A stretch of 64,000 bases of DNA from Myxococcota bacterium (lineage in GTDB: Bacteria; Myxococcota_A; Polyangia; Polyangiales; Houyiibacteriaceae), in the NCBI GenBank assembly GCA_039030515.1, contig JBCCEA010000020.1:1-64000 (forward strand), in the 5' to 3' direction. Each line of letters begins with the position of its first letter. Position 1 is the first letter of the stretch. The notes below the pieces were generated by a model. The model saw only the letters and a list, made by a program, of their open reading frames with translations, was not told the origin of the DNA and did not search any database. Made by a program: the position numbers and the translations under genes. Positions 52,739 to 62,715 of this stretch are shown here, in pieces.

Positions 52739-54907
52739 CTAGCCCTGGCTGTCTGAAGGGGTGATGGCGTCAAGCAAGGTGAGCGCCGCCGACGCAATGA
52801 CGGTACCGGGACCAAATATCGCGGCTGCGCCTGCGTCCCGAAGCGCATCGTAATCGCTCGGCGGAACCACCCCTCCAACCACCACGACGATATCCCCCCG
52901 TCCAAGCGCATCTAACGCGGAGCGGAGAGCGGGAACCAACGTAAGGTGCCCCGCTGCAAGAGAGCTCATGCCTACTACGTGCACATCATTTTCAACCGCT
53001 TGTTTTGCGGTTTCCTCAGGGGTCTGAAATAGCGGACCGATATCCACATCGAATCCCATATCGGCAAAGGCGGTGGCGATCACTTTTTGCCCTCGATCGT
53101 GACCATCCTGCCCTACCTTGGCGACGAGGATTCGCGGCTGCCGACCTTCTCGCTCGGCGAACTCCCTGACCTTCGCTCGCACTTCCGAAAGGTCTTCGCC
53201 GCCCTTTTCTGCTTCACTCGAGTAGACACCAGAAATCGACTGGATCGACGCCTCAAAGCGCCCCCAGACGCTCTCTAGCGCCTCACTCATCTCGCCGACA
53301 GTCGCTCTTGCGCGCGCAGCTTCTATAGACAGCTCCAGCAGGTTCCCCTCTCCGGACTCCGCACACCGCATGAGGGCATCGAGAGCACGACGTGTGCAGG
53401 TTTCATCCCTTGACGCTCGCAATTCCGAAAGGCGCTGTTTCTGAGTCCTCAGCACAGAAGAGTTGTCGACTTTTAGAATCGGTATCTCGGCATCTTTTTC
53501 CACTCGAAAGCGGTTCACTCCGACGATCACCTGCTTACCGGAATCGATGCGGGCCTGAGTTCGGGCAGCCGCTTCCTCGATGCGTAGCTTCGGCAAGCCC
53601 TGCTCGATCGCCTTCGTCATCCCGCCAAGGGCCTCTACCTCGTCTAGATGGGTTCGAGCGCGATCTGCGAGTGCCTTCGTGAGATGCTCCACGAAATAGC
53701 TGCCTCCCCAAGGGTCGATCACCCGGCAGGTACCCGTTTCATGTTGCAGGTACAGCTGGGTATTGCGAGCAATGCGAGCCGAGAAGTCTGTCGGGAGTGC
53801 CAACGCCTCATCTAGGGAGTTGGTGTGGAGACTTTGGGTATGACCCTGGGTGGCCGCCATGGCCTCAATGCAGGTGCGAACTGCGTTGTTGAATACATCC
53901 TGTGCCGCAAGGCTCCACCCCGACGTCTGACAGTGTGTGCGCAGGGCCATGGATTTTGATTTCTTCGCGCCAAAGTCGGCAACGATCTCAGACCAGAGCA
54001 GACGGGCAGCCCGAAGTTTTGCAACCTCCATGAAAAAATTCATGCCGATAGCAAAGAAAAACGACATTCGCGGGGCAAATTCATCTACCGATAGCCCTGC
54101 ATCAACGCCAGTTCTGAGATATTGAAGGCCGTCAGCAAGCGTATAGGCGAGCTCTAGATCCTGAGTGGCGCCAGCTTCCTGCATGTGGTAGCCGCTGATT
54201 GAAATGCTGTTGAAGCGAGGCATTTTTGCTGCGGTGTAGCGAAAGATGTCGCCCACGATACGCATCGACGCTTCTGGCGGGTAGATGTACGTGTTGCGAA
54301 CCATGAACTCTTTGAGAATGTCATTTTGAATGGTGCCGGAGAGCTGATCCTGAGTCACCCCTTGCTCTTCTGCAGCAACGACATACAGAGCCAGAATAGG
54401 CAGGACTGCTCCATTCATCGTCATCGATACGCTCATCTGGTCGAGCGGGATGCCGTCAAAGAGCACATGCATATCGAGAATGGAGTCGATGGCCACTCCA
54501 GCCATACCCACGTCCCCCATCACCCTTGGATGGTCTGAGTCGTATCCTCGATGAGTTGCGAGATCGAAGGCGACCGACAGACCTTTTTGACCGGAAGCGA
54601 GATTACGACGGTAGAACGCGTTGCTCTCCTCCGCGGTGGAAAATCCCGCGTACTGCCTCACGGTCCACGGTCGATTGAGATACATCGACGCGTACGGACC
54701 TCGTACAAAGGGAGCCTACCCGGGCAGGGAGTCTAAGTGGGTAAGCGCTTCGATATCCTCGGAAGAAAAGCGGCGCGCCAGATCGATGCCTTCTGCGGTC
54801 TTAAACGCATCGGATTTCGAAAAACCAGAGGCATTTGAGTTCACGGGCGGCGGACTCACCTGAGACGCATCAAAATCGAGCGTCGTAAAATCAGGAAAAG
54901 CTTGCAT
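52739..54907 (-). CDS. scpA: Methylmalonyl-CoA mutase catalytic (large) subunit, interrupted by an in-frame TAG at 54716-54718 (possible pseudogene)
   Basis: Track ORFs 54716-54907 and 52739-54685 are one frame: [19 protein letters not shown]...RQYAGF. B12 motif GQDGHDRG and SSLAAGH are intact. Confidence 0.92.
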
Positions 54908-56994
54908 CAGTGCCCTCCAATCTCTCGAAAGAGCATGGAAAAGAGACCGAGTAAATTCATCGAATCATGCAAAAACACGTGCACCCCCGACCCGTCCCAA
55001 GAGTTGGGATGCCGTCCTGCGCAAAGCACCCTTGCGGCTCCCTCAGTTCGAAGTGCTTTGGCAAACACACTTCCGATTTCAGCAAGCCATTCCTCGGAGG
55101 CGGAGAGCACTGCGATATCTGCTTCACTGCCCCTGAACGCGTCGATCATCAAACCACATTCAGCCTGCAGTTCACCGTCTGAGGGCACCTGAAATGGAGT
55201 TCCGTGAGCTTCATGAAGTGCAAACTCGAATCCGGCGGCCTGCAAGAGATTCTGCACCCACATCGTCAATTTCTGATGCTCAAGCGGAACCCCGAGCGTT
55301 ACAAGAAATGCCTTGGGACGTCTTCCATGGGTGACGAGCCTACGATTGCTTAGGTTCCTCAGCCGCTCCCAGGGCTGTGCAAGTCGAAGCGGAGGAATCG
55401 GTTCAATGTGCAGCGAGGGTTGTCCATCTCGCATCAGATTCAGCAACGCCAGTAGATCAACCCCTTCATGGGTGGCCAACGCGGCGGTGCGCATCGGCAA
55501 CGCGGGGTCCGTTTCGGATTCAGGAACGCCCAGGTCAGAAGCGAGGCTTGAGGCAAAGGACCGAAGTGAATCAAAGCGGCGCTGAGCATCCACGTCAGCC
55601 GATTCCCGTCCGAGCTGACCTTCCACGTCACGCAACTTGGGTTCCGGACGGATTAATTTTTTCTCCGTTAGATTCGGAAAATCCGTAACTCCGATGAGCG
55701 CACGGGCACGCCTTGCAACCAGAGTGCGGAGCTTGAGTGCGGAAGCCCGAACGGAGGCCTGGGGAATTCCCTTACGCAAGGCAGACTCCATGCCGCCGAC
55801 ACGTTCGATCTGCTGCATTTCTTCCCAGGCCCGCCTCGCGAGTGCGTCGGTCAGGTGCTCCACGTACCAGCTCCCTCCGGCGGGATCCAAGACCTCGTGT
55901 AGATGGCTCTCTTCTCGCAGCACCAGCTGTGTGTTTCGAGCGATTCTTCTTCCCATCGAGTCACTCGGCCCGACCGAGGCATCGAATCCATCGACTCCAA
56001 TGCTGTTGGCCCCGCCGATGACGGCTGCAAAGGTCTGTGTCGTAGCCCGAAGGATATTGACCCAAGGATCGATTTGCGTATTCGATCGACCGGACGTGCG
56101 GGCGTGGATGCGCATAGGGCGATCATGCACTCCGAAGGCATGAAGCAACTTGGCCCAGAGCAAACGCGCCGCCCTCAACTTGGCAACCTCTTCAAAAATA
56201 TCGTCTTCAACCGCAAAGACAAAGAGAATCTGCTCAGAAGCCGAGCTGGGGTCGAAACCTGCTTCGATCAGCTCTCGAAGATACGCAAGCCCTGTGGCCA
56301 GCGCCCATCCGAGTTCGTGAACCGACGACGCTCCTCCTTCGTGATAGGGCACGGTGGACACGTGAAGCGCGCGCATCGCTGGTGTTTCCTGAGCGGACCA
56401 GGCAGCGATCCTGCGCAGCGAGGCCCAAGCTCCCGTCGCCCCGCTCGGAAAGGTACCCGTTCGCGCCCAAGCTCCGAGCGGATCGCATCCCCAAGAACCT
56501 GTGAGCGAAGCAAGTGCGACGCCGCGATCCTGAACGACGGAAGCGACCGCAGCGGCAACCACGAAGTCGTCCATTTCAGCTTCAAAGGCGACAGGCGTCT
56601 TATCTAAATCGACCTCGAGGAGGAGGCGATCCAAATCCCCTCTGGAGAGCACTCGAACGCCGTGATCGATTCCCAGCTCCAACCAAATCGCATCAACGCC
56701 AGCGGCTAAGTCTTCTTTGAGCTCGCCAGCAACCACCTCAAGATCTGGATGCCGGTAGTGTTGATGCACTCGCCAACCTTGACGCGACGAACGATCCGAG
56801 TCGCCGACCAGGGGAGCACACGTCAGATGCCCCAGGGAGGCCTCAACCGGGTGTGTGCTTTGAGTGTAGATCGAATCCGTGGCGACTCCCGACGGGGTCT
56901 CGCCTGGCAACCGCCCCCTGAGCTCTTTTTCGAGCCGCGCCCGAAAGGCCTGCAGCGCTTGCTCCAACTCAGGTGCTGCTTCCTTCGTATCCAA
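54907..56994 (-). CDS. mutA: Methylmalonyl-CoA mutase small (non-catalytic) subunit
   Basis: [47 protein letters not shown]; lacks DxHxxG; GGGGGAG precedes the TTG start. Confidence 0.88.
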   Translation of the reverse strand: MDTKEAAPELEQALQAFRARLEKELRGRLPGETPSGVATDSIYTQSTHPVEASLGHLTCAPLVGDSDRSSRQGWRVHQHYRHPDLEVVAGELKEDLAAGVDAIWLELGIDHGVRVLSRGDLDRLLLEVDLDKTPVAFEAEMDDFVVAAAVASVVQDRGVALASLTGSWGCDPLGAWARTGTFPSGATGAWASLRRIAAWSAQETPAMRALHVSTVPYHEGGASSVHELGWALATGLAYLRELIEAGFDPSSASEQILFVFAVEDDIFEEVAKLRAARLLWAKLLHAFGVHDRPMRIHARTSGRSNTQIDPWVNILRATTQTFAAVIGGANSIGVDGFDASVGPSDSMGRRIARNTQLVLREESHLHEVLDPAGGSWYVEHLTDALARRAWEEMQQIERVGGMESALRKGIPQASVRASALKLRTLVARRARALIGVTDFPNLTEKKLIRPEPKLRDVEGQLGRESADVDAQRRFDSLRSFASSLASDLGVPESETDPALPMRTAALATHEGVDLLALLNLMRDGQPSLHIEPIPPLRLAQPWERLRNLSNRRLVTHGRRPKAFLVTLGVPLEHQKLTMWVQNLLQAAGFEFALHEAHGTPFQVPSDGELQAECGLMIDAFRGSEADIAVLSASEEWLAEIGSVFAKALRTEGAARVLCAGRHPNSWDGSGVHVFLHDSMNLLGLFSMLFREIGGH

Positions 56995-57182
56995 TAGAAC
57001 TCCCCCGTCGCTTACGAAACGTCTCGCCCGACGCTAGCCGCGGATAAGGTGATAAACCAGGCCTCTGAGGACCGCAACGCGTGAATCCGCTCCGTTGGAT
57101 CAAACCAGCATTGCTGCCTCAGTGACGGGGATCTCTGTACCGTTGTCGCTGCCGGCCTTTTTGGCTTACGTACCGACAGCTC

Positions 57183-58556
57183 CTAGGGAACATTGGGCGA
57201 AAAGACGGCGGCGCTGCTTCGACCTTCGTTGAGTTGGCGGAGCTCGGTTTCGGAAAACGCATCGGGAGTCGAAGGGGGCAGCACCCGACGAATGAATCGG
57301 ATGACGATCTCACGGGCTCGGTTTCCGTGGTCATCTTCCGCGCAACCATCCCAAATCTCGAAAAGACGGCGGCGACGGCGCGACGCATCCTCATCACCCC
57401 TCCAGATCTCGCGCAAACGTGCTCTGAGTCGTTCGAGACCTCGCTCTTGCTCCCGTGCCCGATAAGCTTCAGCCAAGCGATCCCGTACGGATTCGGTTTC
57501 ACGCATGAACCATCCGCGCTCCGCTTGATGTGGATCCATTCCAGCGGCCCGCATCACCGCACTATTCAAGTCGAACCGAAACCCAGTGCCCGCCGGCGCA
57601 TCTTCTTGCGGTGCTTGGTACGACTCGGCGTGGAGGGCATCCGAAGCAAGCGCTTCTCGCTCGTCCTGCGACCAGGAGAAATCCGCGCGGCGATCGCTAA
57701 ACACGACGCGACCATCCGGCAAAATACGTGCCGAAAATACCGAGCCATCAAAGCGGTACCCTCCATCACGAGTGCGTCGTAACCTCGGCGGAGGGCGCTT
57801 TGAAAGATGTCGCGGCGCGGTCGTACTGAGCTCTGCGTTGAGGCGGGCCGCCATCGCTGCCTCTCGTTCCTCGTCAGTCTCCGGTCCATCGACCGCACCG
57901 AGTGCTCCACTTTGGAGTGCCAGTTTCGCCACGCTTCGCGGATCAAATGAGATTGGACCACTGCCGTTAGCGGAGCGCGTCGGCGACGTGCCTGCTTGTG
58001 TAGCCTCTCTGGTCTGATGTTCGCTCTGCCGTACTCCAGCGGGGTCAAGAGGCTCTTTCGAGGGCAGTCGAGAGCGATCCTGCAGCGCTGACTCTTGCAG
58101 CGCTGACTCTTGCAGACCGGACGGTGCAGTATCGACTGCGAGAGACTGCTCCAGACTCCCAGGGACCAAAGGAGCAACGCCTCTATCACGAGCCAACCGA
58201 ACTTCGCGGGAGGACCTGCTGCCTCTAGCGGACGCGATCGGGGCAGGTGCAGACGGGCTGACGGTTGAGGGCTCCGTGTTCTCCGTGCGCGGCTCAGGCG
58301 CCGCGGTTTCCTCGGCAAGCGCAACGGTGGAGGGGCGCTGCGGCGAGGAAACGACGACGAATTCGACCTGAACCGAGTCCTGCAATGGGGTCTGAGACGT
58401 CCGATGAACCCCAAAGGAGCCTGCTGTAAGCACCAGTCCTCCATGCGCCACCAGCGATGCCAATAACGCCCAGGTCAAAGGCCACCGATGCAACCTGTTC
58501 CTCCGTGCCCGAAGCGAGGCTGGCTCGTTTTTCTTTTGAGTGGATCTCAGGCGCAT
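57183..58556 (-). CDS. Hypothetical membrane-anchored protein (TonB-like N-terminal anchor, low-complexity linker)
   Basis: ALLASLVAHGGLV anchor; Pro/Ser linker; globular C-terminus (FSARILPDGRVVF, RRLFEIWDGCAE). Confidence 0.7.
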   Translation of the reverse strand: MRLRSTQKKNEPASLRARRNRLHRWPLTWALLASLVAHGGLVLTAGSFGVHRTSQTPLQDSVQVEFVVVSSPQRPSTVALAEETAAPEPRTENTEPSTVSPSAPAPIASARGSRSSREVRLARDRGVAPLVPGSLEQSLAVDTAPSGLQESALQESALQDRSRLPSKEPLDPAGVRQSEHQTREATQAGTSPTRSANGSGPISFDPRSVAKLALQSGALGAVDGPETDEEREAAMAARLNAELSTTAPRHLSKRPPPRLRRTRDGGYRFDGSVFSARILPDGRVVFSDRRADFSWSQDEREALASDALHAESYQAPQEDAPAGTGFRFDLNSAVMRAAGMDPHQAERGWFMRETESVRDRLAEAYRAREQERGLERLRARLREIWRGDEDASRRRRRLFEIWDGCAEDDHGNRAREIVIRFIRRVLPPSTPDAFSETELRQLNEGRSSAAVFSPNVP

Positions 58557-58754
58557 CGAGAGAAGAAACTCCTTAACACCGATCGGCTAGGTCGACGCGA
58601 CTATTCACTCCCGCCTGGAAAGTCGGCTGCAAAGAAGCGTCAGAGAGCCAGAGAGACCACCGCAACTCGAGAGCAGGCATCTGTCATGCACCTAACGACC
58701 AGGTCCTCGGTAACGACCGCTTTCACGAAGGCGGTTTTCGTGGCATGAACTGTA

Positions 58755-59351
58755 ATGTCGTCTCCGTTGGTTCGTCCGGCCGGCATCGGCTCCAGAGCGC
58801 CAAAACATCGCCTGAGCGAAAGGGCCCTGAGTGTACGAGAGCGGGGGGTGATGCTCTACGCTGCTGTGGGTGTGAGCGCAATCTTGATTCAGGCGATCGC
58901 TCGGCTCGCTCCCCTAGCCTTGGAACCTTGGGTGAGCGGATCGATGGATTCTGTTCAAATCGCGATCTATCTCGGATGGGTGGGACTGAATGCCTACGCG
59001 GAGGGGTATCGAGCCTTTCAGCTCCGATGGGCACCTCGAGTCGTCCAGCGCGCTTATTACGTTGGACGCCATGGATCCACTCTGGAAGCCGTTCTTGCTC
59101 CGATATACAGCATGGGTCTATTCGGGGGTTCTCGTCGATCCATGCTCGTGTCCTGGACGTTGCTTTTGTGCGTCGCACTCGCGGTTCTGGTGGTGCGCCA
59201 ATTTCCACAACCTTGGCGCGGCATTGTTGATGGAGGCGTCGTGGTGGCGCTTTGCTGGGGTCTTATTGCACTCTGGAGGAATGTCGCCCGTTGGTGGAAT
59301 GGATACGCCCCGATACCAGCCGATTTGAGCTCGCAGGCTCACGGAATTTGA
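58755..59351 (+). CDS. Hypothetical membrane protein
   Basis: Several TM helices; AYAEGYRAFQ..WAP and PQPWRGIVDGGVVVAL. Confidence 0.75.
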   Translation: MSSPLVRPAGIGSRAPKHRLSERALSVRERGVMLYAAVGVSAILIQAIARLAPLALEPWVSGSMDSVQIAIYLGWVGLNAYAEGYRAFQLRWAPRVVQRAYYVGRHGSTLEAVLAPIYSMGLFGGSRRSMLVSWTLLLCVALAVLVVRQFPQPWRGIVDGGVVVALCWGLIALWRNVARWWNGYAPIPADLSSQAHGI

Positions 59352-62300
59352 GCGAGATTTCCCTCAAATTGCAGCGCGCGCCAACCCATCGGCGCAGCCT
59401 GTTCCGCAAAGGGCCCTGCAGGAATGCTCGGAACCTGGTCGGAGCCACCATACTGCTGCCGGCACTCTTATTTTTTTCAGCATGTGGGGCCGCTGGTTCT
59501 TTGGAAACGATCGCGGCCGTAGAGCCACGCGAATCTGGCGAAGACAGGCGGATCGAACCCAGACCATCCACCTGTCCGGAAACCGCTCAGGCCAGGGATC
59601 CCTTGCCTGGGGTTACCGCAGAGCAAACCACGCTTGCCTATTGGCTTGCGAGGTCACGCACGTATGGATCCATTGATCGACCACTGCTCTCCGTTTCAGA
59701 AATTCACGATCACCAGCAAGCGATCGGCTTAGATCATCCAAACAATCCAAGTGGAGAAGCGAAACTCCTCGAGCCTTTGGACCGAAGGACCTTGGCATTG
59801 CAGATCCGAGGTCGCATCGATCACGTGCTCGCACGTTTCGAGGAGGGAGCGTACCAAACGCGAGGAAACGGCCCGCTTTCTGAGCAGGAGAGAACCATCC
59901 TTGACCGAGCGCGAGAAATAGGTGACGAGGCGTCTTCATTTCACGTGGCGCTCGATGACGTGCAAATCCGATGCACGCCACTTGTCGGCACCTACGTACG
60001 GGCCACCGGCAAAGATCCCCGCCACAACCGAAACAACTGCAGCCGAGTAAGTAGCCAAGAGGTGCTCCAGGTGCTCTCTGCAGCCGCGCCTGGTGCTCTT
60101 CTCGTCCGCACTCGTTATTCGCTGGGATGGATTGATGCAAGCGCCCGTCTTTCAGCGGCACTAAGCGAGGCCCAAGCGACCGCGTGGGTCCGAGGACCTA
60201 AGGCGACTGCGCACACCGCTCAGACGATTGAAGGTCAGTTCATTCCACAAAACACCCGGTTGCCCTACGTGCTCGACACCTCGGGCGATTCCACGCCCTC
60301 AGCTTCGGAGCGCGAGGCGCCCACATCGGTGTATGTAGGCACGGAACACGACATCCGCGTAGCACAAGCCGACAACTTCTCGCCGACCGACCGACCTCTG
60401 ACACGTCGCGCCGTCCTCACAGAGGCATTTTCCATGCTCGGCAGGCCGTATGGTTGGGGAGGACAGGACGGAGGCGTCGACTGCTCTCGTTTTGTACTCG
60501 AGATATTCGAACGCTTCGGACTGGAGCTGCCTCGAGTCAGCGCAATGCAGGCACGGGCCGGTTCCTATTCGATCGATGTGAGCGCGATCGATAGCGATCG
60601 GGAAAAGATGGTGTTCCTCGATGCAGCGGCCCGCAGAGGGATCGTGCTCTTGCATCTTCCAGGACATATCATGCTCTATCTGGGGCGTACCGAGGAAGGA
60701 ACGCCTATGGTTCTTCATTCCTTCGCGGACTTTCAAACGGATTGCCCGGTTTCGGAGACCGGAGGAGCGCGAAGAGATTCGCCTTTGGAAACCGTCCAGC
60801 GCGTCGATCGCGTGGCGGTAAGCACGCTCGATCTCGGCAGAGGGACCAGCAAGAGTTCGCTGCTGGAGCGCGTGCGACGGATCGTGGTACTCGGAGGGCG
60901 TCCGGGCATTGAACTAAGGGGAGTGACCGAGCTACGTCCTGCCGCCCCGGTTCGGCACCCTTCCCCCGATGCGTGCCATGACTCCCTGCACGCATCGATG
61001 TTTCGAAGCCCCAATCGTCCACATCGCCATAGTCCACTGCGGGTCATCGCGACGATGAGCGAAGATCCTGGCCCCGTCGATCTGGTCCTCTTCGATCCAG
61101 ACGGGTTACAGAGCTCCACCGAAGTGCACTCCTTGGGTGCTCCGCCCTACAGCTACTGGACCGCGGTCGACCGCCCGAAACCTGGGATTTGGACGGCTGT
61201 ACTTGGAGACGGTGAACGGATCGAAGCCTGCGAACGCATTCCGGTATACGCCGCGGCTCCTCCGACCACCGCAGCGCGTGAAGTGCCGTGGACGCCTAGA
61301 TGGCGATGGGAGGCAGACACCGAAAACTTCTACGCCGCATTCGTGGAACAGCTGTTTCGCGAACCGGAACAGGGAGAGGTGACCTGGCCCGAACTACAGG
61401 TTCTCATCGATGATCCAGCACGTAATCTGCTGCATGGACATCTTGGACAAAGCGAAGACGCAGCGCTCCGACTCAGGCCGGACTGCGCAGATTTACCCTA
61501 CACCTTGCGGGCCTACTTCGCGTGGAAGACCAGGCTCCCGATGGCGTTCCGCCGATGCAGTCGAGGTCGCGCCGGACGTGCTCCAAGATGCGGTGAACTG
61601 GAACACAACCTTGCAGATGTGGAACCCGTCCGCGAAGCAGATGCTGGCCGCAATTTCTTTCTCCGAGTTCGCGGTGGCGTTCATTCCGGTACGGCGCGGA
61701 CCCTCCCAGATGACGACGAAACCGACCTCTACCCGGTTGCGCTCGATCGGGAGTCACTCAAACCCGGAACCGTCTTTGCGGATCCTTACGGACATCTGCT
61801 GGTCATCGCTCGATGGATTCCTCAGACGCTCGATCGGTATGGGGTGCTGGTTGCAGCTGATGCTCAGCCGGACGGTACCGTCGGTCGACGCCGATTTTGG
61901 CGAGGCTCTTTTCTCTTCACCCCGTCCACCGAGCATGTCGGCGCGGGATTCAAGGCGTTTCGACCCGTCGTTGTCGACGCATCGACCGAAGTTCGGACTG
62001 TCGAAAACAAAAGGCTCAACGAGCGCTCGGGCTACGTGCCCTTCTCACAAGAACAGTACCGGGGCAGCCGGGATGAGTTCTATCAGCGTATGGAATCGCT
62101 CATCAATCCGCGCCCGCTCGACCCCTACACCGTTCAGCTCGCTCGGCTGGATGCGTTAGAGGAGGCAGTGGCACGGCGTATCCAATCGGTCGAAAATGGC
62201 GAGCGATTTATGGCCGACCGAAGCTTCAAGCCGATCGAAATGCCCGAAGGCTATGCGCTCTTTGAAACCGATGGCGCATGGGAGGAGTTCTCGACCCCGT

Positions 62301-62695
62301 CACGAGATATGCGGCTCCTTACCAGTATCGACGCCGTGCAGGGCGTCGCCGAGTGGGTCCGCAATTCGAGAGCGCGATTCGGAGTGCGCCAAGACGAAGT
62401 GGAAGAGACGATCCGATTCCTGAAGCAGCGTCTAAAGGAACAGCTAGAGCGGCGGTTCTTTGAATATGCGCGGTCCGATGGAAGTCGAAAGCGGCTCACG
62501 CTGAGCGAACTGGTTCAGCGAGTGAGAGGTTTTGAGGTCGCATACAATCCCAACGACTGCGTCGAGCTCCGATGGGCTGCCTCAATTGATTCGGAGGAGG
62601 GCTCCACCTGCCTTCGTCATGCTCCCGAAGAGCAGAGGGCACGCATGGAGTCCTATCGGTCTTGGTTCGAAGCGCGTCAGAGACCGCCACGTTAG
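59348..62695 (+). CDS. Large NlpC/P60 family lipoprotein (peptidoglycan endopeptidase) with additional C-terminal domain
   Basis: TTG overlaps the previous stop; lipobox FSAC; LGRPYGWGG...DCSRFV...LPRVS..Q and PGHIMLYLG. Confidence 0.85.
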   Translation: MSEISLKLQRAPTHRRSLFRKGPCRNARNLVGATILLPALLFFSACGAAGSLETIAAVEPRESGEDRRIEPRPSTCPETAQARDPLPGVTAEQTTLAYWLARSRTYGSIDRPLLSVSEIHDHQQAIGLDHPNNPSGEAKLLEPLDRRTLALQIRGRIDHVLARFEEGAYQTRGNGPLSEQERTILDRAREIGDEASSFHVALDDVQIRCTPLVGTYVRATGKDPRHNRNNCSRVSSQEVLQVLSAAAPGALLVRTRYSLGWIDASARLSAALSEAQATAWVRGPKATAHTAQTIEGQFIPQNTRLPYVLDTSGDSTPSASEREAPTSVYVGTEHDIRVAQADNFSPTDRPLTRRAVLTEAFSMLGRPYGWGGQDGGVDCSRFVLEIFERFGLELPRVSAMQARAGSYSIDVSAIDSDREKMVFLDAAARRGIVLLHLPGHIMLYLGRTEEGTPMVLHSFADFQTDCPVSETGGARRDSPLETVQRVDRVAVSTLDLGRGTSKSSLLERVRRIVVLGGRPGIELRGVTELRPAAPVRHPSPDACHDSLHASMFRSPNRPHRHSPLRVIATMSEDPGPVDLVLFDPDGLQSSTEVHSLGAPPYSYWTAVDRPKPGIWTAVLGDGERIEACERIPVYAAAPPTTAAREVPWTPRWRWEADTENFYAAFVEQLFREPEQGEVTWPELQVLIDDPARNLLHGHLGQSEDAALRLRPDCADLPYTLRAYFAWKTRLPMAFRRCSRGRAGRAPRCGELEHNLADVEPVREADAGRNFFLRVRGGVHSGTARTLPDDDETDLYPVALDRESLKPGTVFADPYGHLLVIARWIPQTLDRYGVLVAADAQPDGTVGRRRFWRGSFLFTPSTEHVGAGFKAFRPVVVDASTEVRTVENKRLNERSGYVPFSQEQYRGSRDEFYQRMESLINPRPLDPYTVQLARLDALEEAVARRIQSVENGERFMADRSFKPIEMPEGYALFETDGAWEEFSTPSRDMRLLTSIDAVQGVAEWVRNSRARFGVRQDEVEETIRFLKQRLKEQLERRFFEYARSDGSRKRLTLSELVQRVRGFEVAYNPNDCVELRWAASIDSEEGSTCLRHAPEEQRARMESYRSWFEARQRPPR

Positions 62696-62715
62696 ATACG
62701 CACCTCGAACTTCCG

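Noticed and set aside
54686..54730. Programmed frameshift or pyrrolysine/selenocysteine recoding in the mutase
   Set aside because: Both parts share one frame, so there is no frameshift. The codon is TAG, not TGA, and no pyl genes are in the window. Kept only as an unexplained in-frame stop.
58716..58738. Small hairpin followed by TTTT upstream of 58755, as an attenuator
   Set aside because: Short imperfect stem with no leader peptide or aptamer evidence.
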